From a virus (lineage: Duplodnaviria; Heunggongvirae; Uroviricota; Caudoviricetes), in the IMG/VR virus record IMGVR_UViG_2582581022_000016: 27,569 bases of DNA; one strand, 5' to 3'. A model generated the notes under the pieces. It was given only the letters and a program-made list of their open reading frames with translations. It made no database searches and was not told the origin of the DNA. Shown here piece after piece: positions 17,393-26,155 of this stretch. Position numbers and translations under genes: made by a program. The first letter of the stretch is position 1, and each line of letters begins with the position of its first letter.

Positions 17393-17887
17393 ATGCGTAT
17401 CTTTGTTTTTTTTATATCTGCACTTTTATCTTTTAACTTGGCTGCGGAAGAGTGTAAGTTCAGCTTTAATGAGTCAGAATTAATCTCTTCTATAGGTATT
17501 GCACCAGTTAAGCAAGAGATAATAAAGGATGAAGGAATAACTAAGCGGCAATATGAATTCAGAAGAGAATTATCTTCTGAAGAAATGCTTAGTGATGACG
17601 CTGATGAAAAATATGAGCCGCAGTTTTATATATCTGTTTATAATCCATCATGCCCACAAAAGGTTATTGTTTGGTTTTTCAAAGACAATAAAAACACAAT
17701 GGATTTAAGTAATGAGGTCCTTGCTGGTAGAGCGTTCAAGTATTTAACTGGTGTTAATGAAAGTATTTTTGAAAATAAAATGAAAAAGTTTTTAAAGGTA
17801 CAGTCATTTGAATCTTTTGATGAAAGGACAGATTCTAAATTTATAAAGAGTGGTGATATTTATTCCATTGATGTTCAACTCAGATAG
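17393..17887 (+). CDS. AT-rich cargo gene encoding a signal-peptide-bearing secreted/periplasmic protein of unknown function (about 164 aa)
   Basis: ORF track gives 17375..17887; ATG 17393 follows GAAGGGA (17381..17387). Predicted signal peptide MRIFVFFISALLSFNLA|AEE. Two Cys in the mature part. Base composition is visibly far more A/T-rich than flanking tail genes. No family recognised. Confidence 0.6.
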   Translation: MRIFVFFISALLSFNLAAEECKFSFNESELISSIGIAPVKQEIIKDEGITKRQYEFRRELSSEEMLSDDADEKYEPQFYISVYNPSCPQKVIVWFFKDNKNTMDLSNEVLAGRAFKYLTGVNESIFENKMKKFLKVQSFESFDERTDSKFIKSGDIYSIDVQLR

Positions 17888-17906
17888 TAATTAAAAATAT
17901 TAGGTT

Positions 17907-17963
17907 CCCGCCACATCTTCTGCGATGTAAATAACTGACAAAGCAGATTTGGCGGGTTTTTTT
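17907..17963 (+). terminator. Terminator-like element after the cargo gene (CCCGCCA ... TGGCGGG then TTTTTTT)
   Basis: GC arms at 17907..17913 and 17950..17956 with a long loop containing a nested ACATC/GATGT hairpin, then a 7-T tract at 17957..17963. Confidence 0.4.
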
Positions 17964-17978
17964 GTATCCGGAGTTTAT

Positions 17979-19307
17979 ATGACGTGGAAAGACAGGCTTC
18001 AGGATGCGTCATTTCGCGGCGTACCGTTTAAGGTTGAAGAAGAAAGTGCGGGAACCGGTCGCCGTGTGGAAACACACGAATATCCGAACCGCGACAAGCC
18101 CTATACCGAAGATCTGGGAAAAGTCACTTTCCGCCCGTCCATCACAGCTTATGTGGTGGGAGATGACTGCTTTGACCAGCGCGATCGCCTGATTGAAGCG
18201 CTGAATAAACCCGGTCCCGGCACGCTTGTCCACCCGACATATGGTGAGCTGAAAGTCTGTGTTGACGGGGAAGTTCGGGTCAGCACATCGAAAAGTGAAG
18301 GGCGTATTGTCCGCTTTGACCTGAAGTTTGTCGAAGCAGGAGAACTCTCTTACCCCACATCAGGTGCGGCGACGGCGCAAACGCTGATGTCATCCTGTTC
18401 TGCACTGGATGACTGCATCAGTGACAGCTTCAGCGGTTTCAGTATCGATGGTGTGGCGGATTTCGTGCAGAACGACGTCGTCGGTAATGCCAGCACAATG
18501 CTTGGGTATGTTTCTGATGCGATGAAAGTGGTGGATTCTGCCGTATCGGATGCCGCCAGGCTGTTGCAGGGGGATATCTCGGTACTTCTGCCGCCGCCAT
18601 CGTCAGGCAAAAATTTCGTTGAGCAGGTGCAGAAAATGTGGCGTACCGGGAAACGCCTTTATGGTAACGCCAGCGACCTGGTCACCATGATCAAAACGCT
18701 TTCCGGTGTCAGCCTCGGCAGCGATCTGCAACCGCGCGGCGTCTGGAAAACGGACAGTAAAACCACCGCCACGGCGACGCAGCAGCGTAACGTGGTTGCC
18801 AGCACCCTTCGTACGACCGCAATCAGCGAAGCGGCGTATGCCGTCACCCGATTGCCTGCGCCAACAATTTCTGCGGTGATGCAGAATGCCGCAGTGGGGC
18901 AGGCAACAACACCCGCGCAGAGCACTGGCTGGCCTTCCGTCACGCATCCGGCACTGAACAATGCACCGGCGGTGAAAAACACGGTTGACCTGCCGACGTG
19001 GGAAGAACTGACTGACATTCGCGACACACTGAATACGGCAATTGATAAGGAGTTGTCCCGTACAACCAGTGATGCGCTGTTTCTGGCGCTGCGCCGGGTG
19101 AAAGCAGATCTGAATGCGGATATCAACACGCGCCTTGAACAGTCTGCACGGATCATTCAGCGCACGCCGGATGAGGTTTTACCCGCGCTGGTGCTGGCGG
19201 CGACCTGGTTTGATAACGCGGCGCGTGACGCGGACATTATCCGGCGTAATGCCATTACACATCCCGGCTTTGTGCCGGTGATCCCTCTGAAGGTGCCAGT
19301 GCAATGA
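17979..19307 (+). CDS. DNA circulation protein (Mu gpN-like) of the baseplate/tail tip
   Basis: ORF track gives 17949; ATG 17979 follows GGAG (17971..17974). N-terminus MTWKDRLQDASFRGVPF...THEYPNRDKPYTEDLG matches the Mu N-like DNA-circulation N-terminal domain as I recall it. Confidence 0.75.
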   Translation: MTWKDRLQDASFRGVPFKVEEESAGTGRRVETHEYPNRDKPYTEDLGKVTFRPSITAYVVGDDCFDQRDRLIEALNKPGPGTLVHPTYGELKVCVDGEVRVSTSKSEGRIVRFDLKFVEAGELSYPTSGAATAQTLMSSCSALDDCISDSFSGFSIDGVADFVQNDVVGNASTMLGYVSDAMKVVDSAVSDAARLLQGDISVLLPPPSSGKNFVEQVQKMWRTGKRLYGNASDLVTMIKTLSGVSLGSDLQPRGVWKTDSKTTATATQQRNVVASTLRTTAISEAAYAVTRLPAPTISAVMQNAAVGQATTPAQSTGWPSVTHPALNNAPAVKNTVDLPTWEELTDIRDTLNTAIDKELSRTTSDALFLALRRVKADLNADINTRLEQSARIIQRTPDEVLPALVLAATWFDNAARDADIIRRNAITHPGFVPVIPLKVPVQ

Positions 19308-20383
19308 ACGACAATGTCACGCTACGGGTAAATGGCCGGGAGTGGAATGGCTGGACATCGGTGCGCATCGGTGCCGGTATTGAACGGCTGGCGCGGGATT
19401 TCAGTGTGGAGATCACTCGCCAGTGGCCGGGAGATGAGGGTATCACCACGCTTCAGCCGCGCATTAAAAACGGTTCAAAAGTGGAAGTGCTGATTGGTGA
19501 TGAGCTGGTGATCACCGGCTGGGTGGAGGCGACTCCCGTTCGTTACGATGCCCGTTCGGTCAGCACCGGTATTGCCGGACGTAGTCTGACGGCTGACCTG
19601 ATTGACTGTGCAGCCGAACCGACACAGTTTAACGGACGCTCGCTGGTGCAGATTGCGCAGGCGCTTGCTGCGCCTTTCGGCATTGAGGTGGTGAACAGCG
19701 GTGCGCCGTCGGGTGTTATTCCTGATGTTCAGCCTGATCACGGTGAAACGGTGATTGAGGTAATCAACAAAATACTCGGTCAGCAGCAGGCGCTGGCTTA
19801 CGACGACCCGCACGGCAGGCTGGTGATTGGCGGTATTGGCTCAACGCGGGCACATACCGCGCTGGTACTTGGGGAAAACATCCTTTCCTGTGATACGGAG
19901 AAGAGTATCCGGGAGCGGTTTTCTGTTTACCAGGTGGCGGGGCAGCGTGCCGGAAACGACGATGATTTCGGTGAGGCCACCACCACCGCGCTGCGGGCCC
20001 GCACAGAGGACGCATTTATTGCCCGTTACCGTCCGATGTATATCAGGCAGACAGGGCAGGCTACGGGGGCAGGCTGTATTGCCCGTGCGGACTTTGAAGC
20101 CCGACAACGGGCGGCGCGGACGGATGAAACCACCTATGTGGTGCAGGGCTGGCGACAGGGTAACGGTACGCTGTGGCAGCCAAACCAGCGGGTGATTGTC
20201 TTTGATCCGGTCTGTGGTTTCGACAATACCGAACTGCTTGTTTCGGAAGTCACGTTTACTCAGGACCAGAACGGCACCCTGACGGAAATCCGTGTCGGCC
20301 CACCTGATGCTTATCTGCCTGAGCCCGAAGCCCCCGGCGCGCGGAAAAAGAAAAAAGCCAGAGTACAGGAGGACCCGTTCTGA
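19304..20383 (+). CDS. Baseplate hub protein (Mu gpP-like / P2 gpD-like)
   Basis: 359 aa; overlapping start; position after the DNA-circulation protein. Confidence 0.75.
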   Translation: MNDNVTLRVNGREWNGWTSVRIGAGIERLARDFSVEITRQWPGDEGITTLQPRIKNGSKVEVLIGDELVITGWVEATPVRYDARSVSTGIAGRSLTADLIDCAAEPTQFNGRSLVQIAQALAAPFGIEVVNSGAPSGVIPDVQPDHGETVIEVINKILGQQQALAYDDPHGRLVIGGIGSTRAHTALVLGENILSCDTEKSIRERFSVYQVAGQRAGNDDDFGEATTTALRARTEDAFIARYRPMYIRQTGQATGAGCIARADFEARQRAARTDETTYVVQGWRQGNGTLWQPNQRVIVFDPVCGFDNTELLVSEVTFTQDQNGTLTEIRVGPPDAYLPEPEAPGARKKKKARVQEDPF

Positions 20384-20931
20384 TGAGGACGATTGAAGCC
20401 ATGCAGCGACAACTTCTCGGCCTGATTGGGCGGGCCGTTGTGAAAAGCATCAGTGCCGCCACGAAATGTCAGACCGTGGATGTGTCCCTGATTGCCGGTG
20501 AACCCAAAGCAGGGGTTGAACATCTTGAACCCTACGGTTTTACCGCAAGGGCAAACAGCGGTGCGGAAGCGGTGGTGTTGTTTCCGGATGGCGACCGTTC
20601 TCATGCGGTGGTTGTTACGGTGTCGGACCGGCGCTACCGCCTGAAAGGGCTGCAGACGGGTGAGGTGGCTGTCTATGACGATCAGGGGCAGTCCGTGACG
20701 CTGACCCGGGAGGGGATCGTGGTGGACGGTGCAGGTAAAACGATCACGTTTCGCAATTCACCTAAAGCACGTTTTGAAATGGACCTGGAAGTGACAGGAC
20801 AGGTGAAAGACCTGTGCGACTCCGGCGGCACCACCATGTCAGCGATGCGGCTTGCCTATAACGGGCATCGTCACAGAGAGAACGGTCAGGGCAGTAATAC
20901 CGACAAACCTGATAAAGCGATGGAGGCATGA
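20383..20931 (+). CDS. Baseplate assembly/spike protein (Mu gp45-like, gpV-like)
   Basis: 182 aa; overlapping start (TGATGA); position in the conserved baseplate order. Confidence 0.75.
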   Translation: MRTIEAMQRQLLGLIGRAVVKSISAATKCQTVDVSLIAGEPKAGVEHLEPYGFTARANSGAEAVVLFPDGDRSHAVVVTVSDRRYRLKGLQTGEVAVYDDQGQSVTLTREGIVVDGAGKTITFRNSPKARFEMDLEVTGQVKDLCDSGGTTMSAMRLAYNGHRHRENGQGSNTDKPDKAMEA

Positions 20932-21356
20932 TGGAACTGTGGCTGACGGTGAACGGTAAACGCACCTGCGCCAGCGCACCGCTGGATCCGCTGACCCGCG
21001 CCGTGGTGATTTCCCTGTTTACCTGGCGGCGGGCGGAGCCTGATGACAACGCCGACGTCCCGATGGGATGGTGGGGGGATACCTGGCCTGCGGTACAGAA
21101 TGACCGTTACGGCTCCCGACTGTGGCTGCTTCAGCGCAGCAAACTGACCAATCAGCTGGTGCAGACGGTAAGGGGGTATATCCGCGAATGCCTGCAATGG
21201 ATGATTGATGATGGCGTGGTGTCCCGTATTGATCTGGATATCCGCCGCACCGGGATTAATGAACTGGGTAACAGTATCACTCTCTGGCGTCGTGACGGAC
21301 CGGTAATGATTTCTTTTGATGATCTGTGGAGTGCGATAACGCATGGCGGACAGTGA
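20928..21356 (+). CDS. Baseplate wedge protein (Mu gp46-like, gp25/W-like)
   Basis: 142 aa; overlapping start; position in the conserved baseplate order. Confidence 0.65.
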   Translation: MMELWLTVNGKRTCASAPLDPLTRAVVISLFTWRRAEPDDNADVPMGWWGDTWPAVQNDRYGSRLWLLQRSKLTNQLVQTVRGYIRECLQWMIDDGVVSRIDLDIRRTGINELGNSITLWRRDGPVMISFDDLWSAITHGGQ

Positions 21357-22401
21357 ATTTCAGCGCCCGACGCTGGCAGAAAATATCAGTATGCTCCGTA
21401 ACGATTTATTCGCCAGGCTGGACGTCAGCGACACGCTCCGGCGCATGGATGAAGACGTGCGGGCAAAGGTGTATGCGGCGGCGCTGCATACGGTTTACGG
21501 GTACATCGATTATCTGGCAATGAACATGCTGCCTGACCTGTGCGATGAGTCCTGGCTGGCGCGACATGCTGCGATGAAACGGTGTCCGCGCAAGGGGGCC
21601 ACGGCTGCCAGCGGGTATATGCGCTGGGAAGGTGTCAGCGATGGCCTGAAGGTGACCGCCGGGAGTGTTATTCAGCGCGATGACCTGGTTCAGTACACGG
21701 CAACTGCCGATGCAACCAGCTCCGGTGGTGTCCTGCGCGTGCCGATCGCCTGCTCAAGTGCAGGCGCGGTCGGTAACGCTGACGACGGTACGTCATTAAT
21801 CCTGGTCACGCCGGTGAATGGTCTGCCGTCTTCCGGCGTGGCAGATACACTGACAGGTGGATTTGATACTGAAGAGCTGGAAACGTGGCGCGCCCGCGTC
21901 ATTGAGCGGTATTACTGGACGCCTCAGGGCGGGGCTGACGGGGACTATGTCGTCTGGGCTAAAGAAGTTCCCGGCATTACCCGCGCATGGACATACCGAC
22001 ACTGGATGGGAACGGGGAATGTCGGTGTGATGATTGCCAGCAGCGACCTGATTAATCCCATTCCGGAAGAATCAACGGAAACGGCGGCAAGACAACATAT
22101 CGGGCCACTGGCCCCGGTGGCAGGCTCTGATTTGTATGTGTTCAGGCCGGTGGCGCATACGGTGGATTTTCATATCCGTGTGACGCCGGATACACCAGAA
22201 ATACGGGCTGCCATCACCGCCGAGTTGCGTTCGTTCCTGCTGCGTGATGGTTATCCGCAGGGAGAACTGAAGGTGTCGCGTATCAGTGAAGCGATTTCCG
22301 GTGCGAACGGGGAATACAGCCATCAGTTGCTTGCACCGGCAGACAATATCTCCATTGCAAAAAATGAACTGGCGGTACTGGGGACGATTTCATGGACGTG
22401 A
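21343..22401 (+). CDS. Baseplate J-like protein (Mu gp47-like)
   Basis: 352 aa; size and position; I recognise the jayE-like arrangement of the e14 prophage. Confidence 0.8.
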   Translation: MADSEFQRPTLAENISMLRNDLFARLDVSDTLRRMDEDVRAKVYAAALHTVYGYIDYLAMNMLPDLCDESWLARHAAMKRCPRKGATAASGYMRWEGVSDGLKVTAGSVIQRDDLVQYTATADATSSGGVLRVPIACSSAGAVGNADDGTSLILVTPVNGLPSSGVADTLTGGFDTEELETWRARVIERYYWTPQGGADGDYVVWAKEVPGITRAWTYRHWMGTGNVGVMIASSDLINPIPEESTETAARQHIGPLAPVAGSDLYVFRPVAHTVDFHIRVTPDTPEIRAAITAELRSFLLRDGYPQGELKVSRISEAISGANGEYSHQLLAPADNISIAKNELAVLGTISWT

Positions 22402-22976
22402 CAAACGATGATTACATCCGTCTGTTGTCGGCACTGTTGCCCCCCGGTCCGGCGTGGTCAGCCAGCGATCCGGCGATTGCCGGTGCGGCACCGTCATTAA
22501 CCCGCGTTCATCAGCGTGCGGATGCCCTGATGCGGGAGCTGGATCCGCGCACCACCACTGAACTGATAAACCGCTGGGAGCGTCTGTGCGGTCTGCCGGA
22601 TGAATGTATTCCCGCAGGGACACAGACCCTTCGCCAGCGTCAGCAACGGCTGGATGCGAAGGTTAACCTGGCGGGCGGCATCAACGAGAATTTTTATCTT
22701 GCACAGCTTGCTGCCCTGGGCAGACCAGACGCCACCATCACGCGATACGATAAAAGCACGTTCACCTGCTCATCTGCCTGTACTGACGCGGTGAATGCGC
22801 CGGAATGGCGGTATTACTGGCAGGTCAACATGCCAGCCGCCACCAACACCACCTGGATGACATGTGGCGATCCCTGTGATTCCGCACTGCGTATCTGGGG
22901 CGACACCGTTGTCGAGTGTGTGCTTAACAAACTCTGCCCTTCGCATACCTACGTAATTTTTAAATATCCGGAGTAA
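22392..22976 (+). CDS. Baseplate/tail protein (Mu gp48-like; DUF2313, YmfQ-like)
   Basis: 194 aa; resembles e14 prophage YmfQ in length and sequence character; directly upstream of the tail fibre gene. Confidence 0.75.
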   Translation: MDVTNDDYIRLLSALLPPGPAWSASDPAIAGAAPSLTRVHQRADALMRELDPRTTTELINRWERLCGLPDECIPAGTQTLRQRQQRLDAKVNLAGGINENFYLAQLAALGRPDATITRYDKSTFTCSSACTDAVNAPEWRYYWQVNMPAATNTTWMTCGDPCDSALRIWGDTVVECVLNKLCPSHTYVIFKYPE

Positions 22977-22979
22977 TCC

Positions 22980-23960
22980 ATGCATCGTATAGACACGAAA
23001 ACCGCGCAGAAGGATAAGTTCGGCGCGGGTAAGAACGGTTTTACCCGTGGTAACCCCCAGACCGGCACGCCTGCCACCGATCTGGATGATGACTACTTTG
23101 ACATGTTGCAGGAAGAACTCTGCAGCGTGGTGGAGGCATCCGGTGCCAGTCTGGAGAAGGCGCGGCACGACCAGTTGCTTACCGCGCTTCGTGCTCTGCT
23201 GTTAAGCCGCAAGAATCCGTTTGGCGATATCAAATCGGATGGCACTGTGCAAACGGCTCTCGAAAACCTTGGTATTAAAAACGCATCAACAACACAGGTG
23301 GGTTTAGTCCGGTTAACGTCATCGCGGGTATCGGGTGCAGAGGATATTGCAGCCACAGCTAATGCTGTCGCGCAAAACTATACGGACATAAAATCTTTGC
23401 AAAACAAAACTCAGGATTCAACTACGACACAGAAAGGAATTGTTCAACTTACATCATCAAGGGTATCCGAATCTGAAACGCTTGCTGCAACAGCAAAAGC
23501 GGCAGCGATGAATTATGCGGATATACAGGCGTTGCAAGGCAAGACCAATGATGCGACCCCAACAAACAAGGGAATTATCCGCGTATCTGATTCCAGAACA
23601 TCGACGGAATCTGGTGTTGCTGCATCATCACTTGCTGCATCACAAAACTATTCAGATATGAAAGGGTTGTTTGGTCAATGCGGAATGAAATATAGAAATC
23701 TCGGTGTCGTATACACCAACAGCCAGTCTTTCGCCATATTTGTAAGCGTCAATGCGGTGCTGTCTGACGGTAGTTCATTTCTGAGCGCCAACGTTAATGT
23801 GGATGGTAATTCGGCTAATTTTCGCGGCTCTCAGACAACAAATCTTGCAGGGCAAAGAGCAACTATCGCATTCATGGTTCCTGCCGGTGCGACCTATATT
23901 GTGCAGCAGTTTTCAGGAACAGTGTCAGATGTTACCTGGGTAGAGGTGGATAAAAAATGA
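22980..23960 (+). CDS. Tail fibre protein with three tandem repeats of about 40 aa and a C-terminal receptor-binding region
   Basis: 326 aa. Conserved-looking N-terminus, repeats [40 protein letters not shown] / [40 protein letters not shown] / [37 protein letters not shown], then a divergent C-terminus. Confidence 0.85.
   Translation: MHRIDTKTAQKDKFGAGKNGFTRGNPQTGTPATDLDDDYFDMLQEELCSVVEASGASLEKARHDQLLTALRALLLSRKNPFGDIKSDGTVQTALENLGIKNASTTQVGLVRLTSSRVSGAEDIAATANAVAQNYTDIKSLQNKTQDSTTTQKGIVQLTSSRVSESETLAATAKAAAMNYADIQALQGKTNDATPTNKGIIRVSDSRTSTESGVAASSLAASQNYSDMKGLFGQCGMKYRNLGVVYTNSQSFAIFVSVNAVLSDGSSFLSANVNVDGNSANFRGSQTTNLAGQRATIAFMVPAGATYIVQQFSGTVSDVTWVEVDKK
23286..23669 (+). repeat. Three tandem copies of a ~120-bp coding repeat inside the tail fibre gene (phage fibre repeat)
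   Basis: Seen at protein level (residues about 103-230) and reflected in the DNA. Confidence 0.7.
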
Positions 23961-24325
23961 TAACAATGATGAAGTATTACAAAGATGAAAATAACGTCGT
24001 ATATGCCTACGATGCGTATGGCACACAGGATGCTTTTATCAAAGAAGGGCTTGTGCCAATCACCAGAAGTGAGGTTATGGCAATTATTAATCCCCCACCG
24101 ACTCATGAACAACTCATCCAGGCTGCTGAAAATGAGCGACAGCGATTACTGTCCGCCGCTGATGCAATTATGCTCGACTGGCGCACAGAGCTGATGCTGG
24201 GTGAAATCAGCGATGCCAACAGAGCTAAACTTTCGGCGTGGCTTTTATATAAGAATCAGGTTAAGGCTGTTGATGTAACAACCGACCCTGAGCATGTTAA
24301 CTGGCCTGTCATCCCGGAACTTTAG
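23957..24325 (+). CDS. Tail fibre assembly protein (Tfa/U-like chaperone)
   Basis: 122 aa; start overlaps the fibre stop (ATGA). Conserved-looking N-terminus (YAYDAYG...) and C-terminus resemble tail fibre assembly proteins as I recall them. Confidence 0.8.
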   Translation: MITMMKYYKDENNVVYAYDAYGTQDAFIKEGLVPITRSEVMAIINPPPTHEQLIQAAENERQRLLSAADAIMLDWRTELMLGEISDANRAKLSAWLLYKNQVKAVDVTTDPEHVNWPVIPEL

Positions 24326-24516
24326 CTGGTTTGGCTATTGCCAGATCCAAAGGCCGGATTGGTGGGCGTAGACCGAAGTTTAGCGACGAGCAGTGGCAAC
24401 AGATGGGAGCGCTCATAGCGGCAGGGAAATCACGGCGTTATGTTGCACGTATCTATAACGTTGGGCTATCAACCCTATATAAACGATTTCCTGTTACTGG
24501 CATTCAAACGAAATAA
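24319..24516 (+). pseudogene. C-terminal remnant of a serine invertase (Gin/Pin/Cin/Hin family): helix-turn-helix DNA-binding domain only, catalytic domain missing
   Basis: Translation [56 protein letters not shown] matches the C-terminal end of Hin/Gin-type invertases as I recall them. Similarity begins around 24319, overlapping the tfa stop. The frame is open back to a TAA at 24298..24300, with no room for the ~130-aa catalytic domain. ORF track reports a TTG-initiated 61-aa ORF at 24331..24516. Confidence 0.7.
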
Positions 24517-24659
24517 TTTAAAAGCAATTTAAAGAGTTATTTGTCTAATGTTGGAAGCCGCAGCCACGTCGTATGCAAGAACGTGCTGCGGCTGGCTGGC
24601 GAACTTTCGATAGTGCGATTATTGAATGATTTCCAGCCGTTACCGATTTTACGTGTTAA

Positions 24660-24908
24660 TTAGTGAACAAACCACTCGTCAGCAGATTCCCAGGTATCTT
24701 TCAGAGTCTCCTGAACAAAAGTTTTTGCAGAATCCTTATCTGCGGTGCGTGTAACAGAAAGGCCATCGTTGCTGGTGGCTTTTACGATCACCTCTACATC
24801 GTCATAACGTTTACTGATGCGTCGGGTTAATTCTTCCTTTAACGCATCCACAGCACCGGTTGGCATTTTAGTCATTTTTTCTTTGGCTATGCAGATTTCA
24901 ATACGCAT
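24660..24908 (-). CDS. dinI: DinI-family protein (DNA-damage-inducible protein I homolog, prophage-encoded)
   Basis: 82 aa. MRIEICIAK...LKEELTRRI...[16 protein letters not shown] matches E. coli DinI closely as I recall it. GAGGGA Shine-Dalgarno 5 nt upstream of the ATG on the minus strand; two LexA boxes upstream. Confidence 0.85.
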   Translation of the reverse strand: MRIEICIAKEKMTKMPTGAVDALKEELTRRISKRYDDVEVIVKATSNDGLSVTRTADKDSAKTFVQETLKDTWESADEWFVH

Positions 24909-24921
24909 AAAAGTCCCTCTA

Positions 24922-24941
24922 TACTGTGTTTGTATACAGTA
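24922..24941 (-). promoter_or_regulatory. LexA (SOS) box 1: TACTGTGTTTGTATACAGTA
   Basis: Matches CTGT-N8-ACAG with TA-rich flanks; lies in the promoter/5' UTR of the dinI homolog. Confidence 0.75.
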
Positions 24942-24949
24942 TTATTTTT

Positions 24950-24969
24950 AACTGTATGGATAAACAGTG
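24950..24969 (-). promoter_or_regulatory. LexA (SOS) box 2: AACTGTATGGATAAACAGTG
   Basis: Second CTGT-N8-ACAG match, 28 bp from box 1 centre to centre; abuts the integrase stop codon (24970). Confidence 0.65.
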
Positions 24970-26067
24970 TCAAGGGGTCTTATTTCTGCTCCTTTGGAGC
25001 TCTTCAAAACGATTATGTAAAGATTTCGGATACAGTTCGGTATATACCTGCCATAGCACGTTTAATGAACGATGCCCTGTAACCTGGGCCACTTCCTCAA
25101 TACTAAAACCAGCCTCAAATAAGCGACTTGCCCCTTCTCTACGCAAATCATGGTATCGCAGATCCTTAATACCTAATTTGCTTCTTACCCTCTGAAATCC
25201 CGCAGTAACAGAAGTGCTGTTATATGGAAAAATGAATTCCGATTTTTTGGGCTGTCGTTGGACGATATCCCAGGCTTCCCCAAGCAAGGCTACTTTCATG
25301 TGGTTGCCTTCCTTTTTGCGTGGATCTTTCCTGTCTCTTACGAGTATAGATTTTTGTTCCTGGTCGAGATCTTCCCATCGTAACCGGCATACTTCTCCGA
25401 TTCGCATACAGGACCACACAGAAAATTTGAGGATATCAACGAACGGAATTTTTGAGCATTTATGAGTAGATCGTTGTTGAAGGCCTTCAATGAGCATGTC
25501 CAGTTCATCAGATGCTGGTCTACGATTACGACGGTTTGATTTACCAATCAAACCAAGTTTAAGTAGATATGGACGAGCACTTTTCGCCGGGTTTGATGTG
25601 TAATTAATTCCGTATACAGGTTTGGCCGCATCCAGAACACTGCCAAGATAACTAACATCGTGGCTGACTGTTGCTGGACCTGCGCCAGCGTTGTTTCTTA
25701 GCCTGCAATGTTCAATTACGTCATTTTCTGTCAGTTCAGATAGTTTGATCGCGGAGATGTCACTATCCATAAGCAGTTCCAGCACATATCTTTTAGTACG
25801 GCCTGCTTTACCTCCGGCATTTGGGTCATTTAAATATTTGTGTAGTAAGTCACGGACTGTAAGTCCGTCAACTGCATTTGATGATGGAATGCCATATAGA
25901 TCTAATTCCATCACTTTCTGTGTGCCCCATGTTTTGGCATGAGCATGTTTAGGGAATGTTTTGCTTTCCCTGTAAGTGATAACACCTTTTTCTTTGATAA
26001 TCACATTACAGCGATAGCGTGGTGTGCCATCGGATTTTAGTCGTTTCTCTATGTTATAGTACGCCAT
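24970..26067 (-). CDS. int: Tyrosine recombinase / phage integrase, dusA-associated type
   Basis: 365 aa with the catalytic signature of tyrosine recombinases (R in CMRIGEVCRLR, H-x-x-R in YHDLRREG, GHRS, Tyr near the C-terminus). Lower GC than tail genes. Divergently adjacent to the dusA 5' end. Confidence 0.9.
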   Translation of the reverse strand: MAYYNIEKRLKSDGTPRYRCNVIIKEKGVITYRESKTFPKHAHAKTWGTQKVMELDLYGIPSSNAVDGLTVRDLLHKYLNDPNAGGKAGRTKRYVLELLMDSDISAIKLSELTENDVIEHCRLRNNAGAGPATVSHDVSYLGSVLDAAKPVYGINYTSNPAKSARPYLLKLGLIGKSNRRNRRPASDELDMLIEGLQQRSTHKCSKIPFVDILKFSVWSCMRIGEVCRLRWEDLDQEQKSILVRDRKDPRKKEGNHMKVALLGEAWDIVQRQPKKSEFIFPYNSTSVTAGFQRVRSKLGIKDLRYHDLRREGASRLFEAGFSIEEVAQVTGHRSLNVLWQVYTELYPKSLHNRFEELQRSRNKTP

Positions 26068-26086
26068 TACACGACCTCGTTATTTC

Positions 26087-26122
26087 GGGTTCCCATAAAA
26101 CGTGGGAACCTGTGCGGGAACC
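26087..26122. repeat. Three copies of GGGAACC (one inverted at 26088..26094, two direct at 26104..26110 and 26116..26122) in the int-dusA intergenic region; candidate operator or recombinase-binding sites
   Basis: Read directly; GGGTTCCCA-TAAAACG-TGGGAACC forms an 8-bp inverted repeat, followed by a third direct copy. Confidence 0.35.
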
Positions 26123-26155
26123 TAATGCGAGAAAAATAGCCTGAAATGTTCAAAA

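Noticed and set aside
17899-17911. 13-nt sequence ATTAGGTTCCCGC downstream of the cargo gene, also present as a reverse complement at 26114..26126 near the integrase
   Set aside because: A 13-mer shared once in either orientation is within chance expectation for a window of this size, and the flanks do not extend the match, so I do not take it as a recombination site or repeat boundary.
24530-24600. 12-bp imperfect hairpin (GCCGCAGCCACGT ... ACGTGCTGCGGC) between the invertase remnant and dinI
   Set aside because: It has no adjacent T-tract on either strand, so I could not call it a terminator; it may be a factor-dependent terminator, an RNA stabiliser or a leftover of the deleted inversion region.
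24926-25195. 89-aa +strand ORF starting inside the LexA-box region
   Set aside because: It overlaps the 3' end of the integrase on the opposite strand and has no Shine-Dalgarno or family signature.
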